Part shown: positions 17,101 through 26,230 of the stretch, piece after piece
How the letters are laid out: each line of letters opens with the position of its first letter
Numbering within the stretch: position 1 is the stretch's first letter
The notes under the pieces: generated by a model
What the model saw: the letters and a program-made list of their open reading frames with translations, nothing else
Told to the model about the DNA's origin: nothing
The model's database searches: none
Made by a program: the position numbers and the translations under genes
Virus record (IMG/VR): IMGVR_UViG_3300024322_000001
Length of the DNA: 64,000 nucleotides
From: a virus
Taxonomy: Duplodnaviria; Caudoviricetes
Direction: 5' to 3' (one strand)

Positions 17101-18685
17101 TTATTGACATGTTGTACGATGTTATACTTTCATAATCTAAAGATGAAGTGACCTGTCTCAATTCTACGTAAGTAGCGTACTTAGTAAGACTAAAATGTCC
17201 TGATGCATCTGAGGCTGATGTGATAGTAATAGAATCGCTTTCTGAATCCGTAAAATATATTCTACTTACTAGCCCAGATACTGCACTTTCATTTCTAGAT
17301 GTGCTAAATGAACTAATTTGATTACCCGATATAGAAGTTTCTCTAAATATAGGGGCAGTGTTAGCAGTAACATTTAAATATATTGTTTTAGTACTAAATC
17401 CTCCAATTGTGTCTGTTGCTCTAATTACGACCGGGTGTGCTAGTGTTCCATCACCTCTATTGTCTGTATTAAAGTTTTCTGCTATCGGTAAAACATTTAG
17501 TTTTAACACTCCATTCTCTATAGTAGCAAAATTCTCTGTATAAGTAGGGTCTATTGTAAAAGTAATAGCTTGAGATTCAGCATCTGAACCTGCTAAAGTT
17601 ACTATTGAACTTCCAGAAGGAGTAAATTCTGCAATTGTTTGATTACCTGTTGTGATAGATGGTGCAGAGTTTGGATAAAACATTGCATCCAAGAAATCTG
17701 TTACTGTTCCTTCACTTCCAGGATTAAATGTATTGAATAAAGGATGAGCTGTGTTAGAAATTATTCTATTACCGTCATATGCAACATCTGAAGATGTTAT
17801 AAACCCAAATTCTTCAATTTGTGCTGATGAGGATACTGTTCCTGAGGGTATACTTGCTCCACTTCCAGCATTTGCTAATTCAACCCACTCTCCGTTATGA
17901 GCAAAGTATGCTTTACCTGTTGCATGTACATGAGCAAACATTCCGTGATATGTAGATGCATTAGGTAAATCTGCTAATTGAGAATATACATTTCCAAATA
18001 GGACTTTGTTACCCCCCATATCTAAATCACCAGAAGTTACTGCTGATAGTATCTGAGTTGAAGATGATACTGTGCCTTCGGGAGTGCTGTCTCCACCTGC
18101 ACCAAATCCTAAAGCAGATATTTGTGCTGAAGATGAAATAATACTTGAAGGTATACCTACTAAGTCATCATATGTACTTCCTGTTATAAATCCTAATTCA
18201 CTTATCTGTAAAGAAGATGATACTGTCCCACTTGGTACTTCTGCATCTACATCAAATCCTAAAGCAGTTATTTGTTCAGAAGATGATATAATAAGTGCTG
18301 GTAACTCATTTAAAAATCCTAATCCTGATATTTGAGCAGAAGAGGATATTACATTACTTAAATCAGAGTCAACTAAATAAGAAGAAGTTGCTGCATTAAG
18401 TCCAGATATAGAGTTATTTAAAGAAGAAGAAAGAACATCTACTTCGTTTGATATAGAACCTGTAAAGTTATTTAAAGGAAGTAAGGAAGTGGTACTGCCA
18501 CCGCCTGATTCTAATGCTTCAATACGATTTATTACATCAGTACCGTTGAAAGTTAATTTAGAACCCGTTATATTTAGAGAACCAGTTAAATGTAGGGATT
18601 CTATACCAGGGATAAGCTGGATAGGAGTTGAGCCGCTTCTTTCGAATGCTAACGAGCCTGATAATTTGCCGGTGAACTTAGTCAT
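14192..18685 (-). CDS. Large virion surface protein with SSSxQI repeats and tandem cadherin/Ig-like domains
   Basis: About seven SSS(A/E/L/T)QI repeats, then repeated D(N/T)xAPxI...DxEG...LDYE cadherin-like units. Confidence 0.7.
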   Translation of the reverse strand: MTKFTGKLSGSLAFERSGSTPIQLIPGIESLHLTGSLNITGSKLTFNGTDVINRIEALESGGGSTTSLLPLNNFTGSISNEVDVLSSSLNNSISGLNAATSSYLVDSDLSNVISSSAQISGLGFLNELPALIISSSEQITALGFDVDAEVPSGTVSSSLQISELGFITGSTYDDLVGIPSSIISSSAQISALGFGAGGDSTPEGTVSSSTQILSAVTSGDLDMGGNKVLFGNVYSQLADLPNASTYHGMFAHVHATGKAYFAHNGEWVELANAGSGASIPSGTVSSSAQIEEFGFITSSDVAYDGNRIISNTAHPLFNTFNPGSEGTVTDFLDAMFYPNSAPSITTGNQTIAEFTPSGSSIVTLAGSDAESQAITFTIDPTYTENFATIENGVLKLNVLPIAENFNTDNRGDGTLAHPVVIRATDTIGGFSTKTIYLNVTANTAPIFRETSISGNQISSFSTSRNESAVSGLVSRIYFTDSESDSITITSASDASGHFSLTKYATYVELRQVTSSLDYESITSYNMSITASDEHAVAGDDADAVTMLPISITVVDNAQPTVNNQTLTGVNESSIDGTTAGSITATDPEGNTITFANARLHSLELDGNPVATGSYSGTSAATDPHEDAFSISTNGVVTRKAGVLLNSDIINKYIYEVRVTDAYNTGTDKGLISIPIADDTTPSISGDTTLYVIESAVNGDNIYDNSNGYSGTVSIFSSNQSVTWSVSSSNDFTIDSSGYLFAGRDISGSATAGGSQIDGVVTATNSFGSFSTQAFSVNVTDNQAPNITFSNTSANLNTNKARANSNNLVTITFSDPEGNALDHDSFSATFAGANLTAVKSGDSYLIRATDTLAAGNYQITASISDQQGFATRTSTHNFTIAQAVVGSLSVNGTLYVIESAESGDSIVLGTSGRSGTQGDLSVAYSPSYGSQAVQAFTSSNALIAVNSNGNLTVGNDISGSGNVGGSTISSTINFQDQYGNIGSGSITVNITDNAAPTIYFSDTAGNHNTNLARPGNTLTTVSFSDNEGDGIDYGSFILTDASGKLNAVKSGNSYLIQPNTNLPAATYTYSVSITDEHGFATSTESDSFTVAQADNGTLNGDTTIYVIESAESGDVFRDATGYNNGNAADVGVSYSTSYGSPSVQAFTSSNAAIVINSNGNLSLGVDISGSATSSGDTIVSTITYQDQFGNIGSGTVTANVFANLAPSVSISLSSGLKEGEISNGTNVGTISVGDTESDYPITLTLSGTDASDFTVTSANENGTLWNITANSSLTAGTYSFTANATDSFDKVGTDSDSITVAAPAVSWYAYMYEGGVYATSEANALTMLGDANDDGTTDANSTFAAFAGGNIGQGTITHTIHSGLGITKTIEVGSGLGLSGDRTTALLSDLNQATGSQGNSSLVIVFPSGSDFTLPKTMANSVGGATAGEYVLFADRVGTGINDAPQSAYVRYFDFDSGNTYPNTSIDRFGVLFTQGDATSDITYFLMASSGSAPSSTQ

Positions 18686-18756
18686 CTACTTTTATTAATT
18701 TTATCTATAGGTATAACCGACGGAATTTCACCCTTTACAATAAATAGGACCTTTCT

Positions 18757-19614
18757 TTAAAGATCAGTCTCTGTTTCTGCACCAAATTTTAACTCAGATT
18801 TAGTATAGAATTTTCTATTATTATGCGGGTGTGCGTTAATTGCGTCAGTTATTATATGTCCTAATAGGTTTATTTGAAATTCTGTTTTTATTATTCTATC
18901 ATTACCTTGTACTATCTCTGCTGATGTAGTATAGTTGTTAATTTGTGCTCTAAATCTAAATTTACTTGGATCTCCCCAGTAGGAATCAGAAGCAAAGTTA
19001 ATACCTTCTATTATTTTGTTGTTTTGTTCAACATAATCGGTAAATATAATACAAGAATATACAATGTTTACATAATCAGGAATAGCAACTGCGTAATATT
19101 CCTCTACAGGCTTTCTACTATTAAGTACACCGAATCTATCGTAAATATTCTTCTTTGAAAATTCTTTTTTGAAGATGCCGAAGTTATTTGGATTATTACC
19201 ATCCATCTTATTACCTAACTGCCTGTTTTTTTCTAAACTATCCCTTCTAAACACAATTAACGGTGCTTGCATTTTACCGTTTTTATCTCTATAGTATCCA
19301 TCTTTCTGCATCGAAGCCCATCTTTCGGGAGATCCATATACAAGTGGTACGTTTATAGTTTTTCCGTTCTGTATTACTTGAGGTCTTAGTATTTCATTAA
19401 AATAAAAGTAAATAGATTCATCTATATCTTTTATCCCGACAGTTATGTTTTTAACTTTATCGTTTTTTCTACTTATTTGATTAGCCCTACTTTTAGTAGA
19501 ATCTACTTCATACTTTCCGTTGATTGGAGCGCCAGTATCTGGATTAACATAGTTTTTTAGGCTATCTTGTGATAACCTTGCTTGACTTTTCGGTGTTGGT
19601 TTATTTCCTGCCAT
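18757..19614 (-). CDS. Tail terminator/completion protein (T4 gp15-like)
   Basis: VPLVYGSPERW...PLIVF...PDYVNIVY...NKIIE pattern; follows the neck genes. Confidence 0.6.
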   Translation of the reverse strand: MAGNKPTPKSQARLSQDSLKNYVNPDTGAPINGKYEVDSTKSRANQISRKNDKVKNITVGIKDIDESIYFYFNEILRPQVIQNGKTINVPLVYGSPERWASMQKDGYYRDKNGKMQAPLIVFRRDSLEKNRQLGNKMDGNNPNNFGIFKKEFSKKNIYDRFGVLNSRKPVEEYYAVAIPDYVNIVYSCIIFTDYVEQNNKIIEGINFASDSYWGDPSKFRFRAQINNYTTSAEIVQGNDRIIKTEFQINLLGHIITDAINAHPHNNRKFYTKSELKFGAETETDL

Positions 19615-19615
19615 A

Positions 19616-20101
19616 TTATCTTACTTCTGTTAGTCCTACTCTATCTGCTCTTGTTAAATGGCAATCAACAGTTATAGAAACTGATGATCCAAATCCAGAA
19701 GCATAGTTAGATAGGTTATACGATTTATCTCTACCTAAGAATAGTTGATTTTCTCTTACTGAATCTACTTCATAGAAGTCATTATGCCATTGAATGATGT
19801 CTCCTACTTCCGGAACTACCTGAGAGTCTGCTAAATCCTGTCTAATAAATGCAAATGATGCTTCTCTACCTAAATCTACACCAAATTCCTGTACATCGTA
19901 TACTTGATCACCTCTGGTTATTAAGCAATACATCTTAATTGCATTCCAATATGTCTTTTCTAATGCTTCTCCGTATAAATTAACGTCTAAATCCTCTAAA
20001 CTGAGTTTATGGTATAGTACTTCCTGTTCAATTATGTCTTTTAAAAGCTCACGATTGATGTTTACAAGTAAATCAAAGTCTCTATTAGATCCAAATAGCA
20101 T
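19616..20101 (-). CDS. Head-closure/neck protein (T4 gp14-like)
   Basis: VNLYGEA, FG.D...F, PEVGDII.W...FYEV motifs; position after the gp13-like gene. Confidence 0.65.
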   Translation of the reverse strand: MLFGSNRDFDLLVNINRELLKDIIEQEVLYHKLSLEDLDVNLYGEALEKTYWNAIKMYCLITRGDQVYDVQEFGVDLGREASFAFIRQDLADSQVVPEVGDIIQWHNDFYEVDSVRENQLFLGRDKSYNLSNYASGFGSSVSITVDCHLTRADRVGLTEVR

Positions 20102-20400
20102 TATTTTTCTTCTATTGTTTGTTCACCTACTTCTATCACAGCTATATCACTGTATTTAGCTTTGGCATTAGTTTTTAAAGCGTCAAAAGCTTCTTTAGCT
20201 TCTTTTTGGCTTATTATCTTTACTTTATAGGTAGCTCTATTATTAGTACTGTCTTTAGAAGCTACAGTACAGGTAGTTACACCAGGTAAAGCACGAATAG
20301 CATCGTCATACCCTTCAGGGCCGTCTTCAGTAAAGGTAACTTGTACCATTGCCTCGTACGTTCTGTACTCTATTTCTAATATAATATCTAATAACTTCAT
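20101..20400 (-). CDS. Small protein with MKLxxIILE leader (putative head-internal)
   Basis: MKLLDIILE leader; DAIRALPGVTT alpha/beta core. Confidence 0.55.
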   Translation of the reverse strand: MKLLDIILEIEYRTYEAMVQVTFTEDGPEGYDDAIRALPGVTTCTVASKDSTNNRATYKVKIISQKEAKEAFDALKTNAKAKYSDIAVIEVGEQTIEEK

Positions 20401-21542
20401 TAACCTACGTATATTGTCATTGGAATTGATTTTAAGATGTTTTCTACATCTTCTGATTCTTTAGCTTGTGCATCCAACTGGGCTGACCTACCTGTTGAGG
20501 TTAAAGTTTCTCTTAATTGAGTTAAGAGTGCTGTTTTTTCTGCCCTAGCATCGGTTAATAAGTCGGCTTGATTGAGAGTCGCTTCAGAACCAGGTACTGG
20601 TACTGTTTGATACTTACCTCTTATATAACCTAGCACCTCTTTTGATAAAGCTAACGTGTAGTTGAATATCCATTGACGTCCTACGCTGTTTATACCTTTA
20701 TATTCTGGGTTAGAGTAAGGTACTTCTCCTATATTTGTTATAAGACCTGGGTCATTGTTAAAGTTTAGCTTAGATTTATCAACATTCTTATAGTATTCGA
20801 AGTGCATCTTACCATTTCGACTAGGTATAGGGAATAATCTAAGAGTATTATTTACTATTTCAAAGGAATAAGTAGATTTTCTTACTTGATCGTTAAATTC
20901 AATAGCTTGAGTCTTTAATATGTCATAAGATGTAGGCATCATTAAGAAATTGACACCGGGACTAAATGATCCGAAGTCAAAAGCTGTCATTAAAGACTGT
21001 ACTCCTGTACCTGTACCGGCATATGGGTCAAAATAACGTAATATTGCTGGTGGTGCTTCGTAATACACCTTTCTTATCTCTATACCACCTGTTATTCCTT
21101 CATTCTCTGCCCATTCATTTAAATCGTAATTCTGTTGATTACCTATAGTATCTATAGAACCTGTATACCTATTTACATTACCGCCAACTCCTGCTTCAGT
21201 CCCGTAATGTCTTGATATTTCAACTATTCTGCTGATGGTAGGATCTACTAATTGATTATTTACTTGACTCCCTGTTGAGACTCCTTCTAGGCTTAGATAA
21301 TTTTCTCTAATCTTATAAGTAAATACTTCATTACCGTAAGTTGTTATTGCTTCTTCAAAGCATGCAAACATTTGTTCTTGCTTTAACTCTACATCCATAA
21401 GAGGGTATCCTAAACGAGTACCCACAAATTTTGCTACTTTTACAGCATCAGATTGAAAAGCCTGATCACTATCGTAGAACCCGAAAGGAGTATCTCCTGG
21501 GGTAAACGTAGCAGTGCCGTCCCATATTTGTATATTTGCCAT
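20400..21542 (-). CDS. Neck/head-tail adaptor protein (T4 gp13-like)
   Basis: RLGYPLMDVEL..EQ...CFEEA; WIFNYTLALSKEVLGYIRGKY...TLN: gp13-like signature. Confidence 0.75.
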   Translation of the reverse strand: MANIQIWDGTATFTPGDTPFGFYDSDQAFQSDAVKVAKFVGTRLGYPLMDVELKQEQMFACFEEAITTYGNEVFTYKIRENYLSLEGVSTGSQVNNQLVDPTISRIVEISRHYGTEAGVGGNVNRYTGSIDTIGNQQNYDLNEWAENEGITGGIEIRKVYYEAPPAILRYFDPYAGTGTGVQSLMTAFDFGSFSPGVNFLMMPTSYDILKTQAIEFNDQVRKSTYSFEIVNNTLRLFPIPSRNGKMHFEYYKNVDKSKLNFNNDPGLITNIGEVPYSNPEYKGINSVGRQWIFNYTLALSKEVLGYIRGKYQTVPVPGSEATLNQADLLTDARAEKTALLTQLRETLTSTGRSAQLDAQAKESEDVENILKSIPMTIYVG

Positions 21543-21568
21543 TACTTAAAGTTTTATATAAATAGCGT

Positions 21569-22255
21569 TTAATCTCTAAAGGTTTTATATACGTTCAATA
21601 GAGGTGCAACTATATCATGTCTGTGGTTCTTAGCTAGTGAATGAGTCACAAAGCCCTCTACTTGTTCTTCTAACCTACTTAGGAAGCTAAATCCTGTATC
21701 TCTTTTGTCTCTTAAGTCGATTTGAGCTAAGTCTCCACATATAGCCATCTTAGAACCTTGCCCTAACCTGCCTATTACTGTTTCCATTTGAGAATGAGTA
21801 ACATTCTGTGCTTCATCTACGATTACAAAAGAATTTAGAAAAGTTCTACCTCTCATAAAAGCAAAAGGTACTATTTCTATATTACCATTATCCATTTCCT
21901 TACGTACCTTTGCCTCATTATACAGCATGAATAAATTATGATAGATTGGTGCTAACCATGGGTCCATTTTTTCACGTATATCTCCTGGTAGAAATCCTAT
22001 CTCTTCTTTAGCTACTGTTGGACGGGTTATTATTATCTTATCTATACGTTTGGTAAATAGTAAATCGAGAGCAACTTGTGTAGCTACTAGAGTTTTTCCG
22101 CTTCCGGCCATTCCTTTCAAAACTGTTACAGGATTTTCTAGTATTAATTTTTTTGCTTTCTTCTGCTCTTCATTAAGTTGGACTTTAAACTTTATTGGAT
22201 TCTTCGGTCTTCTCTTATTTGCGAAAACCTCGTCGTGGTAGTTGTTACTAGCCAT
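21569..22255 (-). CDS. phoH: PhoH-family ATPase
   Basis: GMAGSGKT, ITRP, GFLPGD, PFAFMRGRTF, VDEAQN, GDLAQID, RH. Confidence 0.95.
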   Translation of the reverse strand: MASNNYHDEVFANKRRPKNPIKFKVQLNEEQKKAKKLILENPVTVLKGMAGSGKTLVATQVALDLLFTKRIDKIIITRPTVAKEEIGFLPGDIREKMDPWLAPIYHNLFMLYNEAKVRKEMDNGNIEIVPFAFMRGRTFLNSFVIVDEAQNVTHSQMETVIGRLGQGSKMAICGDLAQIDLRDKRDTGFSFLSRLEEQVEGFVTHSLAKNHRHDIVAPLLNVYKTFRD

Positions 22256-22290
22256 ATATAAGTGTATTAAAACTATTACTGTTTCTTACT

Positions 22291-22298
22291 TATAAATA
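22291..22298 (-). promoter_or_regulatory. TATTTATA putative late-promoter motif re-initiating after the capsid terminator
   Basis: Immediately downstream of the terminator U-tract, upstream of phoH. Confidence 0.6.
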
Positions 22299-22301
22299 GA
22301 C

Positions 22302-22327
22302 AAAAAAAAAGAGGCCCGAAGGCCTCT
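22302..22327 (-). terminator. Rho-independent terminator with cUUCGg loop after the major capsid gene
   Basis: AGAGGCC-TTCG-GGCCTCT followed by 8 T. Confidence 0.9.
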
Positions 22328-22351
22328 CTTTATAAAAAATCTAAGTTTAGA

Positions 22352-23935
22352 TTATACCTGAGCTAAATCAGATACGTAAATCTTACCGTAGAATTCTGGA
22401 CGAATCATCTTCTTAGCATAACGAGTCATCAATCCTTTACGTGGAGTAAAGGTATCTGGATCGTATACTAGAGGAGTCATCATTAATGGTACGTAAGGAG
22501 CATATACTGCACCTGCTTCCAAGAACTGTCCACCTCTATAACCAGTTAAGATTACGTTTTCAGTCATGTAAGGGTTTTTGTATACTTGGAATCTGTTCGC
22601 TAAAGAACCGATTTTCTGTACGCCCATTGCAAATTGAGCTTTATCACCGTCAGTTTGTGCAGCATATCCAGGAATTGATTCTAGGATTGTTGCAACAGAA
22701 GGAGAACATACTACGAAATTTGCTCCACCTCTTAACGTTTTTTGGTGAATCTTGTTAGAAACTTTCTGTAGTTTAGTACCTAAAGTTTGGAACCACTGAC
22801 CTTGAGTGTTGTAGAAATCAGAAGTACCTGTAGACCAAGCTGATCCATCCCATACTTTATTGTTTTCTGCAGACCACTTTTCAGTTGTAGCAGCACCTTG
22901 GATTAACATATCAAGTAATTCAAGATCGATCTCCATAGAGATGTACTCAGATAACATTGAAGTCAATTCTGCTTCAGCGTCAATTGAATGATAAGCATTC
23001 AAATCTTGAGCGAATTCTGGAGTCCACTGTGCTTTTAACTTTCTAGTCTTAGCAACAATCGCCTCAGAAGCTAACTGTACGTCGATTTCTGGAATAGAAA
23101 CTGAAGGACTTACATTGTTACCGTCTGCTCCAGAAGCTTCAAAGTCACCTCTTGTGTTATCACCTGGTTGTACGTGGTATTTGATTTTCTTGTTACCTGA
23201 AGAACCAGCGTCTCCAGTTGCAACAACGAATACGATGTCTGAACCATCTACTCTTGTGTACTGTCCGTAAGAAGCAATACCGTCAAGTTGGAAAGCTCTT
23301 ACACCTTCTAAATCTGCATCAGCAGGAGCTGCTAATGTTACAGTATCGAAAGCAGTTAAGTCTAAACTTGCATCGTATCCTACATCTGCTAATGAAGCAG
23401 TTGCTTGTACAGTTGCAGAAATGTTTCCTGAAGTTTTCTCGTTAATAGAGTAACCGAACTGTCCAGCGCCGTAAAGACCACCAGCAACGTCAGTATCTAC
23501 TGCCATTTTAGATGATGCTTCAGTTACGTTACCGTACATGTTGTCTCCGTCACCTCTACCGTTTACAGCAGAACCATATTTAAAGTCTAGATAAAATACT
23601 AGACCTGAAGGTAGGTTCATTGGTTGTACACTTACAAAGTCTTGCGCTACGATTTGAGCGAATACTTTTCTTACAAGTGGTAAAGCAACACCAGCCCACT
23701 GCTCACCTGCACCAGCTGTAAAGCCAGCACCTGTTCCAGAAGCACCTGTGTTGTTTGCTTCAGCTACGATTTGTTTTGCTTGGTTTTCAAGTACCATTGC
23801 CATGTTGTTTTTGGCTTTTTCGTCTTGAATTCCTTCCAACAAACCAGAAGCTGACCACTTATCAGCCAAACGCGCTGCGTCTGCCTGTAGGCTCTTAAAA
23901 TTGTTAGAGCTTTCTAATAATTGGTTTAATTCCAT
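22352..23935 (-). CDS. gp23: Major capsid protein (T4 gp23-like)
   Basis: VQPMNLPSGLVF, AKTRKLKAQWTPEFAQDLNAYHSIDAEAEL, YAPYVPL, FTPRKGLMTRY. Confidence 0.95.
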   Translation of the reverse strand: MELNQLLESSNNFKSLQADAARLADKWSASGLLEGIQDEKAKNNMAMVLENQAKQIVAEANNTGASGTGAGFTAGAGEQWAGVALPLVRKVFAQIVAQDFVSVQPMNLPSGLVFYLDFKYGSAVNGRGDGDNMYGNVTEASSKMAVDTDVAGGLYGAGQFGYSINEKTSGNISATVQATASLADVGYDASLDLTAFDTVTLAAPADADLEGVRAFQLDGIASYGQYTRVDGSDIVFVVATGDAGSSGNKKIKYHVQPGDNTRGDFEASGADGNNVSPSVSIPEIDVQLASEAIVAKTRKLKAQWTPEFAQDLNAYHSIDAEAELTSMLSEYISMEIDLELLDMLIQGAATTEKWSAENNKVWDGSAWSTGTSDFYNTQGQWFQTLGTKLQKVSNKIHQKTLRGGANFVVCSPSVATILESIPGYAAQTDGDKAQFAMGVQKIGSLANRFQVYKNPYMTENVILTGYRGGQFLEAGAVYAPYVPLMMTPLVYDPDTFTPRKGLMTRYAKKMIRPEFYGKIYVSDLAQV

Positions 23936-23958
23936 GATTTAATTTTTTTTGGATAATG

Positions 23959-24984
23959 TTATTTAATAATTCCAGCTAATTTTTGCATTCTCTGAACTGC
24001 AGAGGAAACTTCGCTAATCACTTCTGGCTTACTTGCTGTAGTTCCAGTTGCTTTGCTTGCTCTTCCTTTGTGTTCTTTGATAGTAGTCTCTTTTTTAATA
24101 ACTACATTTTCGTTAACTGTTTCAAATACTAACTTAACTTCTTTAACTGTTTCAGCTTTATCGAAAGCAGCAATAATGTTTACTTTTTGTGCTTCGTTTA
24201 AGTTGTTAGCTTTGAAAATTTTGTTTACATAAAGTAACTTAGAGTTTAGTAAATTAACTTCGTTAAGTTCACTTCTCAAAGTTTCGATAGTTTCTAAAGC
24301 GCTTTTAAGTTCTTCTTTAGTTTCTTCATTAACAGGAGCTTCAATTGCAACTTCTTCCATTGCATCTTCTTCTTTCTTACCTTCTTCCATTTCTTCTTCG
24401 CTTTCGCCTTCTGAAATAGCATCAAGTTCTGCTAATAATTCGTCTAAGTCAATCTCTTCGTCACCTTCTTCGCCAGCCATAGGATCGCCCTCGCCTGGTT
24501 CTTCTAATTCTGCTCCAGCGTCTAAATCAGCTCCAACTTCAGCTCCCATATCTTCAGCACCTCCGCCCATTTCTTGTGCGATAATGTCTCTGATTAGGTC
24601 TTTGAAATCTTCAACTGAAAGATCTGATAGATCTTCGTCGTCTGCTGGCTCATCCTCAGATGCAACTTCTTCTTCTTCAGCCTCGTCTGCAGCTTCTTCT
24701 GCATCATCCTCAGCTTCTTCCATTGCTTCTTCTTCACTGTAAGATCCTTCTTCTACTTCTTCTTCGGCTACTTCAGTAGTTACTTCTTCTACATCATCTT
24801 CCATTTCGTTTACTACTTCTTCTTCAACAGATGAATCTTCCATCTCTTGTAGTTTAGCAGCTAACATATCTTTTAGATGAGGAGTCAAAGACTCTTCTAA
24901 AGCTTCCTTAGCGTTAGCAATAGCGGCTTCTCTTACAGACTTAGCTTCAGCAATAGCTTGCTTGAATAAATCTTTGTTTGCCAT
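23959..24984 (-). CDS. Prohead scaffold/core protein (gp22-like)
   Basis: Very acidic coiled-coil protein directly upstream of the capsid gene; many xxE protease-type sites; C-terminal RMQKLAGI. Confidence 0.75.
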   Translation of the reverse strand: MANKDLFKQAIAEAKSVREAAIANAKEALEESLTPHLKDMLAAKLQEMEDSSVEEEVVNEMEDDVEEVTTEVAEEEVEEGSYSEEEAMEEAEDDAEEAADEAEEEEVASEDEPADDEDLSDLSVEDFKDLIRDIIAQEMGGGAEDMGAEVGADLDAGAELEEPGEGDPMAGEEGDEEIDLDELLAELDAISEGESEEEMEEGKKEEDAMEEVAIEAPVNEETKEELKSALETIETLRSELNEVNLLNSKLLYVNKIFKANNLNEAQKVNIIAAFDKAETVKEVKLVFETVNENVVIKKETTIKEHKGRASKATGTTASKPEVISEVSSAVQRMQKLAGIIK

Positions 24985-25003
24985 TTTTTAAAATAATTGT
25001 TTG

Positions 25004-25071
25004 ATTTCTGTAGTTATTGAGAACTACAATAGGAAATTTAAATAAAATCGATACAGTATAAGAGACTGTAT
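25004..25071 (-). promoter_or_regulatory. Tandem hairpins in the scaffold/capsid operon 5' UTR
   Basis: ATACAGT-CTCTTAT-ACTGTAT and TGTAGTT-CTCAAT-AACTACA between TATTTATA (25079..25086) and the ATG at 24984. Confidence 0.5.
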
Positions 25072-25113
25072 ATTCTTATATAAATATATACTTTTTCAGA
25101 AAACTGAAAATAT

Positions 25114-25641
25114 TTATGCAGATGCTGCAACAGCACCAGCTATCTCTGCTCCGACTACTGCTATATCTCTTCCTTTTAGTGCTGCTTTTACTGCTCCTAT
25201 AGTAGCGGTTGCTACATTAGCACCTCTAAGAGCTTGCATTGCTCCTATACCTGCTTTGATACCTAATCCTGCTAACATAGCTATAAATAATCCTTTAGCA
25301 ACTAATTCTCTTTTCTTTTCATCTCTTACGAAAGGCTTAATAAAACCTGAGATAGCTTTAACTATGTTAACTTCATTATTATGTGCCCATTTATGAACTG
25401 CATCAGCTTTATCAGCTGCTTTATCTAAACCTAGTTTTTTAAGTCCTTTAGCAGCATACTTACCTAAAACGTCTAGTACTGTATTAGAAGCAAGTGCCCA
25501 TCCTAATATACCTACTACAGATATAACTTCATTAACTTGTCCTTCTTCTCCTTGTTTACCAAACTCGGCTTCCATAGCTTTTGCTAATTCTTGACCTAAT
25601 TGAGTTTCGTCGCTTTCTAATATTATGTGTGCTAATTTCAT
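25114..25641 (-). CDS. Leader-bearing protein with hydrophobic helices (putative ejected membrane-interacting protein)
   Basis: MKLAHIILE, QVNE, then VISVVGILGWALAS and GLFIAMLAGLGIKAGIGAM. Confidence 0.5.
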   Translation of the reverse strand: MKLAHIILESDETQLGQELAKAMEAEFGKQGEEGQVNEVISVVGILGWALASNTVLDVLGKYAAKGLKKLGLDKAADKADAVHKWAHNNEVNIVKAISGFIKPFVRDEKKRELVAKGLFIAMLAGLGIKAGIGAMQALRGANVATATIGAVKAALKGRDIAVVGAEIAGAVAASA

Positions 25642-26219
25642 TATGCTCTTAATATATCATTTATAATAGAATCTAAGTTTTGAAATTTAGATACTTTTAT
25701 TTTACCTTCTGATAATGCTACTGGGTTCATAAATGCACCGTGAGTAGAAGGATTTGAAACAAAATCCCAACATACTAGTTCGAAATCGTCTTGCACTTCT
25801 AATGCACCTTCATTTGTTTGCTGTACTGATCCTGTACCTCTAGATGAGATACCGATTGTATGGCCTGCTTTTATGATTTCTTTTACGATGTTTCCGGAAG
25901 GAGTATTTAATAACTCTACACGTCCCATAAGGTCGTTTCCTTTCCACCATAAGTCTTTTACTATGTGAGAGGCGTTCTTAAGAGAGACAATAGGAGACTC
26001 AGGGTGATCAAGTTCTCCGAATGCATTACCATTCTCTACAAACTCTTTTATGTACTTTGAGCATTCTCTCTCTAAAATAGGCTTACTATATGTACGTCCA
26101 TTTTGGTTTTTAGATACTGCTCTCTGCATAACCCCTTCGACTTCGTATACACCGGGTCTTTCCTTAGATTCTCTAAGAATTGATTTGAATGGTGTTACGT
26201 CTACTAATAATTGTGCCAT
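25641..26219 (-). CDS. gp21: Prohead maturation protease (T4 gp21-like)
   Basis: NQNGRTY, GELDHP, SHIV, TPSG, GISSRGTGS, DFVSNPS. Confidence 0.93.
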   Translation of the reverse strand: MAQLLVDVTPFKSILRESKERPGVYEVEGVMQRAVSKNQNGRTYSKPILERECSKYIKEFVENGNAFGELDHPESPIVSLKNASHIVKDLWWKGNDLMGRVELLNTPSGNIVKEIIKAGHTIGISSRGTGSVQQTNEGALEVQDDFELVCWDFVSNPSTHGAFMNPVALSEGKIKVSKFQNLDSIINDILRA

Positions 26220-26230
26220 GTTGTATTATT

